From the NCBI RefSeq assembly GCF_964204865.1, contig NC_135259.1, positions 15,128,001-15,192,000 on the forward strand: a DNA stretch of 64,000 bases, written 5' to 3'. Source of the stretch: Styela clava (Eukaryota). Below the pieces are notes generated by a model, which saw only the letters and a program-made list of their open reading frames with translations, searched no databases and was not told where the DNA came from. Position numbers and translations under genes: made by a program. Below, piece after piece: positions 25,226-39,351 of this stretch (the stretch's first letter is position 1; the number at the start of each line of letters is the position of its first letter).

Positions 25226-27353
25226 ATGATAAATCGGATTCAAAATGTCATGACGGAATTATAAATAATATATATATATATAATATTTCCATAATTATTA
25301 GCAAATCATTAGATTAGGCGACTGGTTTATGCAGTTGTCGAATAAAATAATAGAATGCAAGCATATTTGATATGCAGATTTGCTTCCAACGCAAACGGAG
25401 GTCATCTATTTAAGAGAAGTCTGCTTAACCGTAACTGTTGTATTAGCTTAGCACTATGGTTAAATTGCATTGGAAACACAAATTAGGAGCCTCCCATATC
25501 CACCTGGCTCATATCATCTCGCGTCTGAAATGAGTATTGCAAGTATTTAGGAAAGACTGACTAAATTTATTTAAGTTTCGTACTGCAGTGAACACTCGTG
25601 GGTTCGGTTCTTTTTGTCTATTTGCAAACAACTCAGGGCGCTATATGTAAGGGTTGCTGCTACTCACGGAATGCATATTTAGAAAAAAATATTTAAAACC
25701 GATAACATATATAAGAGGTACCAATTTGTAAGTGTCACTTTAGCAATCTCTCAAGTGTTTTGCAATTTGTCCCAGAACACTTCCAAATCGAAGCCCTGTG
25801 CACGAATCGTAGTAAAATCGGGGATCGAATTGAATGGCAATTAGAAAATTTGAAAATATACCACGCATAGGCATAAATAAATCTGTGATGAAATTTCAGA
25901 TTTTGCTCAAATCGTTGCGCCCGTGAAAAGTGTCCTTGGATCATGATTTGAGAGAAGGACAAGTTTGTTGACAACCTTTTATTTTTTGTTGTTATTCACG
26001 TTATTTAGTAATATAACTATGTGATTGGCATTTCTGAATGTGATATGTGTATTTGCTGTAGGCCTATAAAACTCCAATATGTTGAATAAAGATTCAGAGC
26101 GTTACACAAATTGAAAAATAACAATAAACGATTATATAATATGAATCAATAAAACGGAAACTGGCAAAATTAATATTATTGAGGTAATTGAACAGTACAA
26201 CAAAAATTTATATTTTTAACAATCATTCCGTGCCGTAGCAATTTGACAAGACGGCATTGTTTCTGTATAAATTTTTGAAGTTTTAGATTAAATTAGGCAA
26301 ACTACGAATTTCTTTTCTATAACATGGTTTTCGTTGTTTTTGAATTAAAATTTATAAATATTCACAGATAATCCTAACAATTGTAATTGCAACTTTAAGT
26401 CCAATCACAGTGTATGTTTTTGTAGCAATCACGTACTCCATCTCGCCAGGTTATTATTGATATTAAAATTTAGTGGTTGTACTTTTAGGGATGAGTGATA
26501 TCTTATTCTTCGTGTATATTGTATCGTGAGATACGGTTACGAAAACACTATAAAAATACTATGCCTTTGAGAATCAATAACATTTATATCAAAATATTAA
26601 CGTAAGGTCAGAAACATTATCGCATATTAATTCATAATTCGAATTCGAACTTGCTTTGGAGATATTCGACCTGATTAAAGTGTATATTCATCTGAGGATA
26701 TCTGAGTCTATAATTTACCAATTGTTCGAAAAGTTTAAAAAGATAAAATCATTGAACTTAAAATGCTAAACTAGTTTATGGTTCTACAGACAGTGTAAAT
26801 TTTATTGATTTTGCTAGGAACACTTGACTCGTTATCTTTTAGTCGTATATGCGTGAGGAATTGAAATACTCTTTTAATACTGTTATTATTATATATATCA
26901 TATGCACTTCGCAATGAATGCATTTTACCGGTATATATATTATTGACCTTTTCCGCTTTACACCGTACACTGTACACACATCAAATTTCCCATGTAATGC
27001 AAACAACTATAATTGCAAACAGCATTGCAATAGCATTACCAAACAACTTGTCAGCATTTTGAGGAGTTTCAACTCATACAATCTGCATATACCTTGCCAA
27101 AACAAGGCCATGCTGACACGATTTTTTAGGATCTCAATAAAAGTTTTCGGTAAAGTGATGAACATATTTATTACGATTATATCCCATGGGCACAAAATTG
27201 CTTCACTAATACTAAAACTCAATGTTTTCCTGCCTACCCAATAGACCTCATGCCTATACCCAATAGACCAAACAATGTTACGCTTAATTTATGCAATATA
27301 TATATATATATTATTTATAATTCCGTCATGACATTTTGAATCCGATTTATCAT

Positions 27354-28198
27354 TCATACTTCATTTTTTGCTTGTCCAATGATCGTGTTCTCTCTTTCTG
27401 TAAAAAAAGGTAGATATGTTTTAACTTACAAGATAATATTCACGATAATGGAGTTTCCGACAACTTAGTACTGAGCTTGAGGTCTTAAACGTTGAAGCTG
27501 CATGCTCAATATACTCTCGATTCAAAACTGAGACCTTTTTGAGTCATATCTTTTAATTTCAATTAATTCACCTCGTGTTGCCACAAAGAAATAGGTGTAT
27601 GGCTCTCAGAAAGTATTGGAACTAAGATTGGGTTCATCTCGGGCAAATATGAAATTATTAATCCAACTTGGTCGCTTTTCGTCGATTGTTTGACTAAAAT
27701 AAAACTTATATTACCTCAATGAAATTTTATTTTGAAGTAAAATTAATTTAGAATTTCTAACATCAATCAAAAATGTCGTCACCTCTCGTCTGCAAATTCA
27801 CATCATTTTCCACATTGCGCTTTTTCAGTTTGTATACGTAGAACGGTGGTATTGTGCTATATCTGGAAAATGAAAAACGATATGTCGCTATGGAAACTAC
27901 TTTCAACTAATCACTCAATTAACTGAATCGCTTAATCCATATGATGATGTTGGTATAATGGTAACCATTATACAATGAAGAATTGGTAATATATCAAAAA
28001 ATAGGAGTGGGCAAGGCATAAAGAGATGGAGAACATATAACCATTTATATTCTATCAGCTATACAAAATAACAGAAATCTAATAGACTTACCGGTCTTGT
28101 ATCGGTGAACTGATCATCAATGTCCGACTTTCAACGGGCGAAATGTCCTGGCTAAGAACTAACAAGACCACAGCAAAAAAAATTGCAATATTTTTCAT
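27354..28198 (-). CDS. Secreted peptide precursor gene L (predicted YSTIPPFYVYKL)
   Basis: Exons 28198-28092, 27862-27783, 27397-27354: MKNIAIFFAVVLLVLSQDISPVESRTLMISSPIQDR|YSTIPPFYVYKLKKRNVENDVNLQTR|ERENTIIGQAKNEV*. Confidence 0.87.
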
Positions 28199-29008
28199 CT
28201 TAGTTTACGACGCGTCAGAATGTTAAACTGGACTTCAGTTGATTTATTTTTATGAGGTTGTTTTTTTCCAAACAAGACCTTTCACAAGTAACCAAATTTC
28301 TTCCTGTTTAATGAAGCTGAAAGCTCAATTTTTTAGGAATGCGTTGTTGAATTAGTTCCTCGAGTGATTTATATAGGGCATTGTCAATCAATTATTTAAA
28401 TAATGGCGGTAATTGCAGCAATCTCAAAACGAATTCATCAAAAAGATCAATTTTTTCATCGGACTTTTTGATATGAAACCAATCCGTCTCCTCAGATATA
28501 AAGGCCTTAATTGCTTGTGCAATCATAGTAATTTTTTAAAGTTTGAATTTGTCCATTAGCACAAACACTTGTTCTGAACTCTGATATTTAAAGTAGTGAA
28601 CGAAAGCAATCATTTTGCCTTGTCAATGAAAATCAAAACTTAAATGACATTCCGCTTTGAAGGAGAATATTGGATATCGATAATTTTGCAAATGGTTGTC
28701 ACTAAATTTGAATATTATCCTTTTATTTGATATTGATACAACGTTTTAATTCGAGTCAAATACACTCAGGTTAGTGTTTTGCTCTACACTGGACAAAAAA
28801 AGTTCACCACTTGGGTAAAACCTATATCCAGTTAAAAATATTTATTTCGAATAAAAAAACTTTCGTAGTATCAGTTTTAGATTATCAATTTTGTGCATAC
28901 AAATAATAATATTTGACCAAATGCCATTACTGAAGAATTGCACTCATTATTTCGAATTCCATACTACGTTTTCAGTATCGACTTCACTGTTCTACGGTGT
29001 TTGTTATT

Positions 29009-29391
29009 ACTTATCGATTTTAATCGGTAGGTAAGTTGATAGGTATTTGTCTGCCTGTCTGTGTGTCTGTGTGTCTGTGTGTCTGTGTGTCTGTGTGTCT
29101 GTATGTCTGTATGTCTGTATGTCTGTATGTCTGTATGTCTGTATGTCTGTCTGTTAGATGCACGCGATATCTCACGAAAGCGAGATTGAATCTGCTCCAG
29201 ATTTTGCATGTGCATTCATCTTATCCCGGACCAGAAGCCTATTGATTTTGGGCGAATTATGTCGTATAATTAGCGAGTTTTCAATTAATTAGTGATGGGA
29301 CACAAGGTGTCACTATGGAATAAGAGCGCTGTTTTGGGGGATCCCCTAACTTTCGATCGATAAGTCTTCGGTCTCTGACCGATATTCTCGT
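29009..29391 (+). mobile_element. Helentron-associated non-autonomous element (HINE/DINE-1-like) with internal GTCT-based microsatellite
   Basis: Absent from paralogous sites (~36870, ~61150). Subterminal inverted repeat acttatcgat 29009-18 / atcgataagt 29356-65, 3' hairpin tcggtc-tct-gaccga, microsatellite ~29049-29153, T-rich target. Confidence 0.75.
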
Positions 29392-29538
29392 TTGTTTACT
29401 TTTATTGCATTCGATTCAGTAGTTTTATGCCTACCAAGTCAATACCTCTTTATACTTTTGTTTAATTATTGAGTTCTAGCATTAACAATATACTCTTTTG
29501 CTCCAATGAATATTATTGAAAAATATTGGAATCCAAAA

Positions 29539-29850
29539 TACGAGGTGCGGCTAAAATGAAACGGGACTGACGTCACAGATTGCGCAACACGATTAACCAT
29601 CGGTAATCAGCTCCTTTGCAGTGTGGCGTAACATGTTTTCTTTGTTTAACGGCTGTTTTGCACAATATCGCAATTATTTTTGCTTTTCAGGATCCATAAG
29701 TGAATGTGATACAATGCTTGTTGAAGAAAAATGCTGTGGGAGGTCTGATTGAGTTTTTTGGTGATAGGGGGTTCAATTGCAGAATAACGATTGAGCAAAG
29801 AATTAACATTAAATTTTGTGTCAAACTTGGAAATCATGGCGTCGAAACCG
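29539..29850 (+). mobile_element. 5' fragment of a mariner transposon
   Basis: TACGAGG terminus, then the mariner transposase N-terminal motif EQRINIKFCVKLG..ET. Truncated, ~310 bp upstream of gene M. Confidence 0.7.
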
Positions 29851-30159
29851 CCATTTACTGCTGTATCAAAAGTCAGTCACAACTCACGAGTAGCACCATT
29901 GCGACCCGATTAACGAAAACATCTTGAGCATACTACTTCAGAAAATGACATCAATCCAATTACTTATTCTCAACAAGATAATTGTTATGCAATAATTAAC
30001 TTTTCGATCCACAAGTAGTTATTGCAGAAGCAGTTGCTAAGGGTGAATCTCCCCTCAGGCAATCAGTAAAAAGATATAAATTACTCCAAGTCAAAACAGA
30101 AAAGACACTCATAATCCGAGACTCTCTTCTTGTTTACGACTATACGCAACGCGAAGAAA

Positions 30160-31100
30160 ATGAAACATTTGACGATTCGGTGTTTTGTCTTATTGTCTTT
30201 TATGCTTCTGATGTCTTACAACATTGTTCATACTCAACTGACTACGGAAGGACCTATACAATCAAAGTATTCCATAATCGTATATCCAAGTGCAATTGCT
30301 CCGCATACTTGTTTGCGCTACTGTAAAAGTCTGAATATTGTATTTTGACACACATTTGATTTAGAACATCACAGATTGATTTGATTGCAACATGATAGAA
30401 TGAAATTATATGTGATCAATTTGATTGGCTAATAAATATATATATATAACATCGCTGATTTTTGGAGAATTTTACTATTCAAATGTCATGCAATTGTATT
30501 TAGATGATATTGCTTTTATTTTAATCCAAATTATCTTTATCAATCAAGAACTAATTACATATGTATTATTTATTTAATGTAAATATCTACATTCCAAATT
30601 GAATGTATTATATTTCCGCTATATGTAACTATAGAAAAATTTCTTTGGGGTGAAACAGCCTTCATGATAAACATAGGCCTATCCGATACGTAAGTCCAGT
30701 CAAACGAAAATTAATTGATTCTCCATCTAAATATTATTTAATTTCTCATTTATAGACAAGGCAACACCCCACCGTGGCCAGGAAAGAAGAAACGGGACGT
30801 TGGAAAATTTGATAGAATTACAGGTTTGTTACTAAAAATTGCTCAGAAGTTTGCAGAAATATGAGCAAGACCCAATATAGAAGTAAAATAACAATAAATC
30901 AAAAACGTAATATACCGCACTATTTATAGCCTTTTCAGATACCGTACCATTTACCATGTATGCTCTTTTATAACGAAAAATAATAACTCGTGTATTCAAA
31001 TACTTTCTAAAATACAAATACTTACATGATATCTTATAAAGTTTTTTCTTGTACAGATGACGAATTATTCTTTGACGACGACTCACAGATTGATCACTGA
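30160..31100 (+). CDS. Secreted peptide precursor gene M (predicted pQGNTPPWP-amide); altered first donor
   Basis: Exons 30160-30266 (AA|gtattc), 30756-30823, 31057-31100: MKHLTIRCFVLLSFMLLMSYNIVHTQLTTEGPIQSK|QGNTPPWPGKKKRDVGKFDRIT|DDELFFDDDSQIDH*. Confidence 0.72.
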
Positions 31101-32657
31101 ATAAAGATTGCTGTTACCGTGTTTTATGACATCTTGGAAGTTCTTCATTTTTTTGTAATTTGTGAATGGCGTAATAAAAGTTATCACAATAATTTCATCG
31201 TGTAATTATTTATTCATAAAAATTGAAATCTTGATCGATTAAGTAAATCTTTGATTGACTAAGTTGTGTGAGCTACGGGACGTTGAGAGAGAGAGAGACG
31301 GAGATTTATTGATGCGTCAACCAAAAACAGTCATAAGCAAAAGCAAAAATAAAATTATTTATTGCAACAAAAATAGTTGAAGGGAATTATTATGTTAATT
31401 TTTTTAGATATGCATCTTTCGAATTGCTGATTAAAACCTCCAGACAAATGTAAATATATTTAACCCTCTATTAACCAAGACCTTTTCTAGAGATAGGAAA
31501 ATTATTTCCTTCGGTGAAAATATTTATTTTGTCTTACTATTTGAAAAAAAATTAAGCGCTTCTACGCATATATATATATATATTTGAGAAATTATTCTCA
31601 AGTAATCAAATAGCAAAGCGTTTTTTCCTTGGCAAAGAACAACAAGAACAACAACATAATAACAAAACGATCCATAGGTACACTACGTGTCCAAAAATGG
31701 CAACACGCAGAAAAGCTGATACTGAGTTCATAGAGTTGAATGGCGCAGAAAATATTCAAATAGAGCTTCTTGAGATGCAATGCAATGAGGAAATAAAATC
31801 CATATTCAATTCGAGAGATGTATCAGCGCTCATATTTATAAAATTTGTCTTCTTAAGAGAAATCGCTATCCAAATATGACGTACCATGCAAATAAATCCA
31901 CATTTATGATTGGAAGTACATATGCGTGCAAACAAAAATTTTCGAAAATGAACATTACAAAAAATTTATAGAAATTTTTCTGATTTTGCTTCTTCCAGTG
32001 TGCCTCCCAATGTCGAAAAATTATCAAACGTGATGCAACAAGTATCACATTTAATTTTATTTGTAATTATTTTTTTTAGTAAGACGACTGAGTTCACGAG
32101 TTGTCGCAGTCCGCGCGCGCTGTTTAAGATCTAAACTTTCACCTTTTAATCTGTGTGACAAAATTGTGATTCATTGGCCATTTATTCGGTTTTTAACTTT
32201 CTAAAAATATGTTCGGCTCGCCAAGACTTGCAAGCCTTAATTTTGACCCGCAAGCGACAAAAGGTTGCCGACTCCTAGGTAGTGGATAGAGGTCATGAAT
32301 AATTCTCCTCACCTTACTTAGGGTGTTATACATTTAATGGTCAATATCCATTCGAAATGATTCCTCCCAGAAAGTAGTAGTTCATTTCAGGGAAAAGTAA
32401 AAAGACCGAAAATGCCGTATAAAATCGCAAACCGTGTTAAGCATTATGTACTATTGGCGAGAAATAAAGTTGAAAATTCTGGCAGTGATGAACATATTTA
32501 TTACGATTATATCCAATGGGCACAAAATGGCTTCACTAATACTAAAACTCAATGTTTTTCTGCCTACCCAATAGACCAAACAATACTACGCTTAATTTAT
32601 GCAATATATATATATTATTTAAAATTCCGTCATGACATTTTGAATCCGATTTATCAT

Positions 32658-33576
32658 TCATACTTCATTTTTTGCTTGTCCAATTATCATGTTCTCTCTT
32701 TCTGTAAAAAAAAGGTAGAGATGTTTTAACTTACAAGATAATATTCACGATAATGAAGATTCCTACAACTTAGTACTGAGCTTGAGGTTTCAAACGATGA
32801 AGCTGCAACCTCAATATACTCTCTATTAAAAACTGAGACCTTTTCGAGTCATAACTTTCACTTTCAAATAATTCACCTCGTGATGCCTTAAGGAAATAGG
32901 TGTATGGCTCTCACAAAGTATTGGAACTAAGATTGGGTGCATCTCGGGCAAAAATGAAACTATTAATCCGACTTGGTCGCTTTTCGTCGCTTGTTTGACT
33001 GAAATAAAACTTATATTACCGCAGTAAAATTTTATTTTATTAAAGAAAAATTAATTTAGAATTTCTAACAACAATCAAAAATGTCGTCACCTCTCGTCTG
33101 CAAATTCACATCATTTTCCACATTGCGCTTTTTCAGTATATATGCGTAGAATGGTGGTATTGTGCTATATCTGGAAAATGTAAAACAAAAGGTTGCTATA
33201 GAAACTACTTTCAACTAATCACTCAATTAACTGAATCGCTTAATCCATGATAATCTTGGTATAACGGTAATTAGGTAAATTTGTGTTTTCGATTCATCGA
33301 TGAGGAAGATTTTTATTTAAATCTTATTATTACCCAGTATACCATTATACAATGAAGAATTTGTAAATATATCAAAAGATAGAAGTAGGAGAGACATAAA
33401 GAGATGGAGAACCTATAACCTTTTATATTCTATCAGCTATACAAAATAATAGAAATCTGATAGACTTACCGGTCTTGTATCGGTGAACTGATCATCAATG
33501 TCCGACATTCAACGGACGAAATTTCCTGGCTAAGAACTAACACAACTACAGCAAGAAAAATTGCGATATTCTTCAT
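32658..33576 (-). CDS. Secreted peptide precursor gene N (predicted YSTIPPFYAYIL)
   Basis: Exons 33576-33470, 33170-33091, 32701-32658: MKNIAIFLAVVVLVLSQEISSVECRTLMISSPIQDR|YSTIPPFYAYILKKRNVENDVNLQTR|ERENMIIGQAKNEV*. Confidence 0.87.
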
Positions 33577-35160
33577 CTTAGTTTACGACGCGTCAGAATG
33601 TTAAACTGGACTTCAGTTGATTTATTTTTATGAGATTGTTTTGTCCGAAAAAGATTGTTCTCAAGTATCCAAATTTCTTGCCGTTTAATGAAGCTGAAAG
33701 CTCAATTTTTTAGGAATGCGTTGTTGGATTAGTTTCTGGAGTGATTTATACACGGCATTGTCGATCAATTATATAAATATTCGCGGTAATTGCAGCAATC
33801 TCAAAACGAATTCATCAAAAAGATCAAATTTTTTATCGAACTTTTTGATATGAAATCAATCCGTCTCTTCAGATATAAAGGCCTTAATTACTCGTGCAAT
33901 CATAATTATCATTAATTTTTTAAAGTATGAATTTGTCCATTAGCACAAACACTTGTTCTGAACTCTGATATTTAAAGTAGTAAATGAGAGCAATCATTTT
34001 GCCTTTTCAAATAAAATCAAAACTCAAATGACGTTCCGCTATGAAGGAGAATATTGAATATCGATAATTTATATTTGCAAATGGTTGTAACTAAATTTGA
34101 ATATTATCCTTTGATTTGATATTGATACAACGTTTTAATTCGAGTCAAACACATTAGGGTTAGTGTTTTGCTCTACACTCAACAAAAAAGTTTACCACTT
34201 GGGTAAAACCTAAACCCAGTTAACAATAATTAATTCGAATAAAAAAAAACTTTCATATTATCAGTTTTAGATTATCAATTTTGGGCATACAAATAATCAC
34301 ATTTGACCAAATGCCATTACTGAATAATTGCATTCATTATTTCGAATTCCATAATACGTTTTCAGTATCGATTTCACTGGTCTACGGTGTTTGTTATTTG
34401 GTTACTTTTATTACATTCGATTCAGTAGTTTTATGCCTACCAAGTCAATACATATTCAAGCATTAACAATAAACTCTTATTCGTAGGTTTCATAAGATCA
34501 AAACGACTGTTAGAACAGGCCAATTCATATACTTGGGCTCGAGAAGCAGAATAAAAAAGCAAAATTGAAATTCAACCAATCTTCAATATCAATATCATTT
34601 CAGAAATATAATATCAGCATCAATATCTACTATATTTTTTTTAACAATAAATTACTTGCACCTATTATCTATTCATTAAATGCCTTTGCCTTTTAGAAAA
34701 TTTTCAGATTTTGGCTTTTTCCAGTGTGCTGCCCGATGTCGAAAAATTATCAAACGTGATGCAACTTGTGTCACATTTAATTGGTCAATGTGCATTCGAA
34801 ACGATTCCGTTCCTTCCAGAAAGTAGTAGCCCATTTCAGGAAAGAGTATATGCCCGGGGGTTTTTCGAACTAAAATGACTGAAAATTCCGTGTAAGATAA
34901 CAAACCGTGTTATTTTGTACTATTGGCGAGAAATAAGGTTGAAAATTTTCTGATGGCACTGATAAACATATTTATTACGATTATATCCCATGGGCACAAA
35001 ATTACCTCACTAATACTAAAAATCAATGTTTTTCTGCCTACCCAATAGACCTCATGCCTCACGCCTATACCCAATAGACCGAACAATATTACGCTTAATT
35101 TGTGCAATATATATATGTTATTTAAAATTCCGTCATGACATTTTGAATCCGATTTATCAT

Positions 35161-36059
35161 TCATACTTCATTGTTTGCTTGTCCAATGATCGTGTTCTCT
35201 CTTTCTGCAAAAAAGGTAGAAATGTTTTAACAAAATAATATTCACGATAATGGAGATTCCGACAACTTAGTACTAAGCTTGAGGTTTAGAACGTTGAAGC
35301 TGCAAGCTCAATATACTCTCGATTCAAAACTGAGACCTTTTCGAGCCATAACTTTTACTTTCAATTAATTCACCTCGTGATGCCACAAAGAAATAGGTGT
35401 ATGGCTCTCTCAAACTATTGGAACTAAGATTGGGTGCATCTCGGGCAAAAATGAAACTATTAATCGCTTTTCGTCGCTTGTTTGACTGAAATAAAACTTA
35501 TATTACCTCAGTGAAAAATTATTTTAATAAAGAAAAATTAATTTAGAACTTCTAACATCATTCAAAAATGTCGTCACCTCTAGTCTGCAAATTCACATCA
35601 TTTGCCACGTTGCGCTTTTTCAGTTTATATACGTGGAATGGTGGTATTGTGCTATATCTGAGAAATCTAAAACAAAAGGTTGCTATAGAAACTACTTTCA
35701 ACTAATAACTCAATTAACCGAATCGAATAATGATGATGTTGCTATAATGGTAATCAAGTAAATTTGTGTCTTGATTCATCGATGAAGAAGATTTTTATTT
35801 AAATCTCATTATTACCCAGTATACCATTATATCATAAAGAATTTGTGCAATTATATCAAAAGTTAGAGGTAGGCGAGGCATAAAGACATGAAGAACATAT
35901 GACCCTTCAATTCTATCAGCTATACAAAATAACAAAAATCTAATAGACTTACCGGTCTCGTATCGGTGAACTGATGATCAATGTCCGACATTCAACGGAC
36001 GAAGTGTCCTGGCTAAGAACAAACACAACTACAGCAAGAAAAATTGCGATATTCTTCAT
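35161..36059 (-). CDS. Secreted peptide precursor gene O (predicted YSTIPPFHVYKL)
   Basis: Exons 36059-35953, 35657-35578, 35204-35161: MKNIAIFLAVVVFVLSQDTSSVECRTLIISSPIRDR|YSTIPPFHVYKLKKRNVANDVNLQTR|ERENTIIGQANNEV*. Confidence 0.87.
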
Positions 36060-37885
36060 CTTAGTTTACGACGCCTCAGAATGTTAAACTGGACTTCAGT
36101 TGATTTATTTTTATGAGATTGTTTTGTCCAAACAAGTCCTTTCACAAGTAACCAAATTTATTCTTGTTTAATGAAGCTGAAAGCTCAATTTTTTGGAAAT
36201 GCGTTGTTGGATTAGTTTCTGGAGTGATTTATATACGGCATTGTTGATCAATTATCTAAAAAATCGCGGTAATTGCAGCAATCTCGAAACGAATTCATCA
36301 AAAAGTTCAAATTTTTCATCGAACTTTTTGATATGAAATCAATCCGTCTCTTCAGATATAAAGGCCTTAATTGCTCGTGCAATCATAATAATTTTTTAAA
36401 GTATGAATTTGTTCACTAGCACAAACACTTGTTCTGAACTCTGATATTTAAAGTAGTGAACGAAAGCAATCATTTTGCCTTGTCAATGAAAATCAAAACT
36501 TAAATGACGTTCCGCTTTGAAGTAGAATATTGGATATCGATAATTTATATTTGCAAATGGTTGTCACTAAATTTGAATATTATTCTTTGATTTGATATTG
36601 GTACAACGTTTTAATTCGAGTCAAATACACTAAGGTTAGTGTTTTGCTCTACACTGGACAAAAAAGTTTACCACTTGGGTAAAACCTAAACCCAGTTAAC
36701 AATAATTAATTCGAATAAAAAAAACTTTCATATTATCAGTTTTAGATTATCAATTTTGTGCATACAAAAAATCACATTTGACCAAATGCCATTACTGAAT
36801 AATTGCATTCATTATTTCGAATTTTATACTACGTTTTCAGTATCGACTTCACTGGTCTACGGTGTTTGTTATTTGGCTACTTTTATTGCATTCGATTCAG
36901 TAGTTTTATGCCTACCAAGTCAATACATATTTATACTCTTAATTGAATATTGAGTTCTAGCATTAACAAGAAACTCTTATTCGTATGTTTCATAATATCA
37001 AAACTGTTAGAACAGGCCAATTCATATACTTTGGCTCAAGAAGCAGAAACTAAAAAAGCAAAATTGAAGTTCAACCAATATTCAATACCAATATCATTTC
37101 AGAAATATAATATCAGCATCAATATCTACTATATTCTATTAACATTAAATTACTTCACCCATTATCCGTGCATTAAATGCCTCTGCCTAAGTTAAAGGTA
37201 AATTTAGAATTTTGCAATTAAACAAATAATGGTAATGATCTCGATCATCCTACTAAAACGAAAACAAACTGATATGGACATTTTGAATATCTCAAGTGGC
37301 GGAAACCATATTACTTATGTCTAATTAGTCGCAAAAGATCGTGAATGAGTTTATTCAATTTAAACTCGCGCACCCAACGAAAATGATTATTCAAAATTTT
37401 TGTCGCAGCGAAAAGTAAATTGCTTTGTAGTTATTTTTAGTTCAAAAGTTAAAAAATTCATGTTTGTGACTTGTGAAGGAGTCTTGCTGTAATATGACTT
37501 ATTGTTCATACCCAAGGAAACATTTTATGAAAATCACAAGCTTTCGTTCGGTTCACAATTTGGGTATTGTAATCATAGTGTCGAAATTGCCATATACTGC
37601 TGTATCAACCGTCAGCTCACGAGCACCATCTTATGGCGACCTGATTAACGAAAACATCTTGAGCTTCAGAAATAGACATCAATCCAATTACTTGTTCTCA
37701 ACAGAATAATTGTTATGCAATAAAAAAAAATTTGATCCTCAAGAAGTAAATGCAGAAGCAGTTGCTAATGGTGAATCTTCCCTCAGGCAATCAGTAAAAA
37801 GATATAAATTACTCCAAGCCAAAGCGGACAAGACACCCAAAATCGAAGACCGTCTTCTTGTTTACGACTAAGCAACGCGAAGAAA

Positions 37886-39112
37886 ATGAAACATTTGACG
37901 ATTCGGTGTTTTGTCGTATTGTCTTCTATGCTTCTAATGTCTTACAACATTGTTCATACTCAACTGACTACGGAAAGACCTATACAATCAAGGTATGAGC
38001 ATTCATTCCATAATCGTATATCGTATATCCAATCCAATATATCCAATAATCGTATATCCATGTGCAATTGCTCCGCATACCTGTTTGCGCTACTGGAAAA
38101 GTCTTAATATCGTATTTTATCACACATTTGATTTTGAACGTCATAGATTGAATTCAATGCAACATGATAGAAGGAAATTATATGTGATCAATTTGATTGG
38201 CTAATAAATACATATATATATATAACATCGTTGATTTCTGGAGAATTTTACTATTCAAAGGTCATGCGATTATATTTAGATGATATTGCATTTATTTCAA
38301 TCCAAATTATCTTTATCAATCAAGAATTAATTACATATGTAATATTTATTTAATGTAATTATCTAAATATATATTTCAAATTGAATGTATTATATTTCCG
38401 ATATATGTAACTATAGAAAAGTTTATTTGGGGTGAAACAGCCTTCATGATAAACATGTAGGCCTATCCAATACGTAAGTCCAGTCAAACGAAAATTAATT
38501 GATTCTCCATCTAAATATTTTTTAATTTCTCATTTTTAGGCTAGGCAACACCCCACCGTGGCCAGGAAAGAAGAAACGGGACGTTGGAAAATTTGATAAA
38601 ATTACAGGTTTGTTAGTAAAAATTGCTCAGAAGTTTGCAGAAATATAAGCAAGACCCAATATAAAAGTCAAATAACATCAAATCAAAAACGTAATATGCC
38701 GCACTATTTATATCATTTTTAGATACCGTACCATTTACCATGTATCCTCTTTTATAACAAAAAATAATAACTCGTGTATTCAAATACTTTTTAACATACA
38801 AACACTTACATGATATCTAATAAACTTTTTTTTTGTACAGATGACGAATTATTCTTTGACGACGACTCACAGATAAGGATGCCAAGTATGAGTACTTACA
38901 AGTATTCGATTCTTATCCGATTCCTAAATTTTCGATTCCGATTCTCGATTCCGAATCTCGATTCCTCGACATATCTTACCGAAAACACATACCCACCTAA
39001 GCAATACCATATGAAAGTAGTATGGGTATCCAATCTGCCACAGGAGACAAAATCGCACAAAAAAACAAATCCCTCAGAACCCACAGAGATTTTTAAAATA
39101 AATAAACGTTAA
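37886..39112 (+). CDS. Secreted peptide precursor gene P (predicted LGNTPPWP-amide), exon 3 extended by a MITE
   Basis: Exons 37886-37992, 38540-38607, 38841-39112: MKHLTIRCFVVLSSMLLMSYNIVHTQLTTERPIQSR|LGNTPPWPGKKKRDVGKFDKIT|DDELFFDDDSQI, then read-through into the insertion. Confidence 0.8.
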
Positions 39113-39351
39113 AGCCTTCTATCGAAATACTATGTATTATATATAGTGAAGTTTGCGTTGTCGTAGCAACTCTACATAGCAGTGAAGCAGTTTATACATA
39201 TATGTGAAGAAATTGCCACAAAACGTTACACATTGTTTGCAATCCAAGTTTTAACCTCGAGAATCGATTCCAATGCATCGGAATCGATTCTAGTCGATTC
39301 CGCAAAGAATCGATTCTGTAATCGAATCCGGACTCGATTCCGCCATCCCTA
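38874..39351. mobile_element. hAT-family MITE inserted in exon 3 of gene P
   Basis: 8-bp TSD ctcacaga (38866-73, 39352-59). TIR taaggatgcc / gccatcccta and many cgattc subterminal repeats. Absent from paralogs M and R. Confidence 0.88.

Larger units (their letters stand above)
21289..34149. repeat. Large imperfect palindrome: ~21290-23910 inverted at ~31620-34150, and ~23920-25280 inverted at ~27300-28665
   Basis: Gene J mirrors gene N and gene K mirrors gene L, including introns and flanks, at high identity. Confidence 0.85.

Noticed and set aside
28964-29245. ORFs with (HTDIQTYR)n / (VCLYVCMS)n repeats
   Set aside because: They are translations of the microsatellite inside the HINE-like element.
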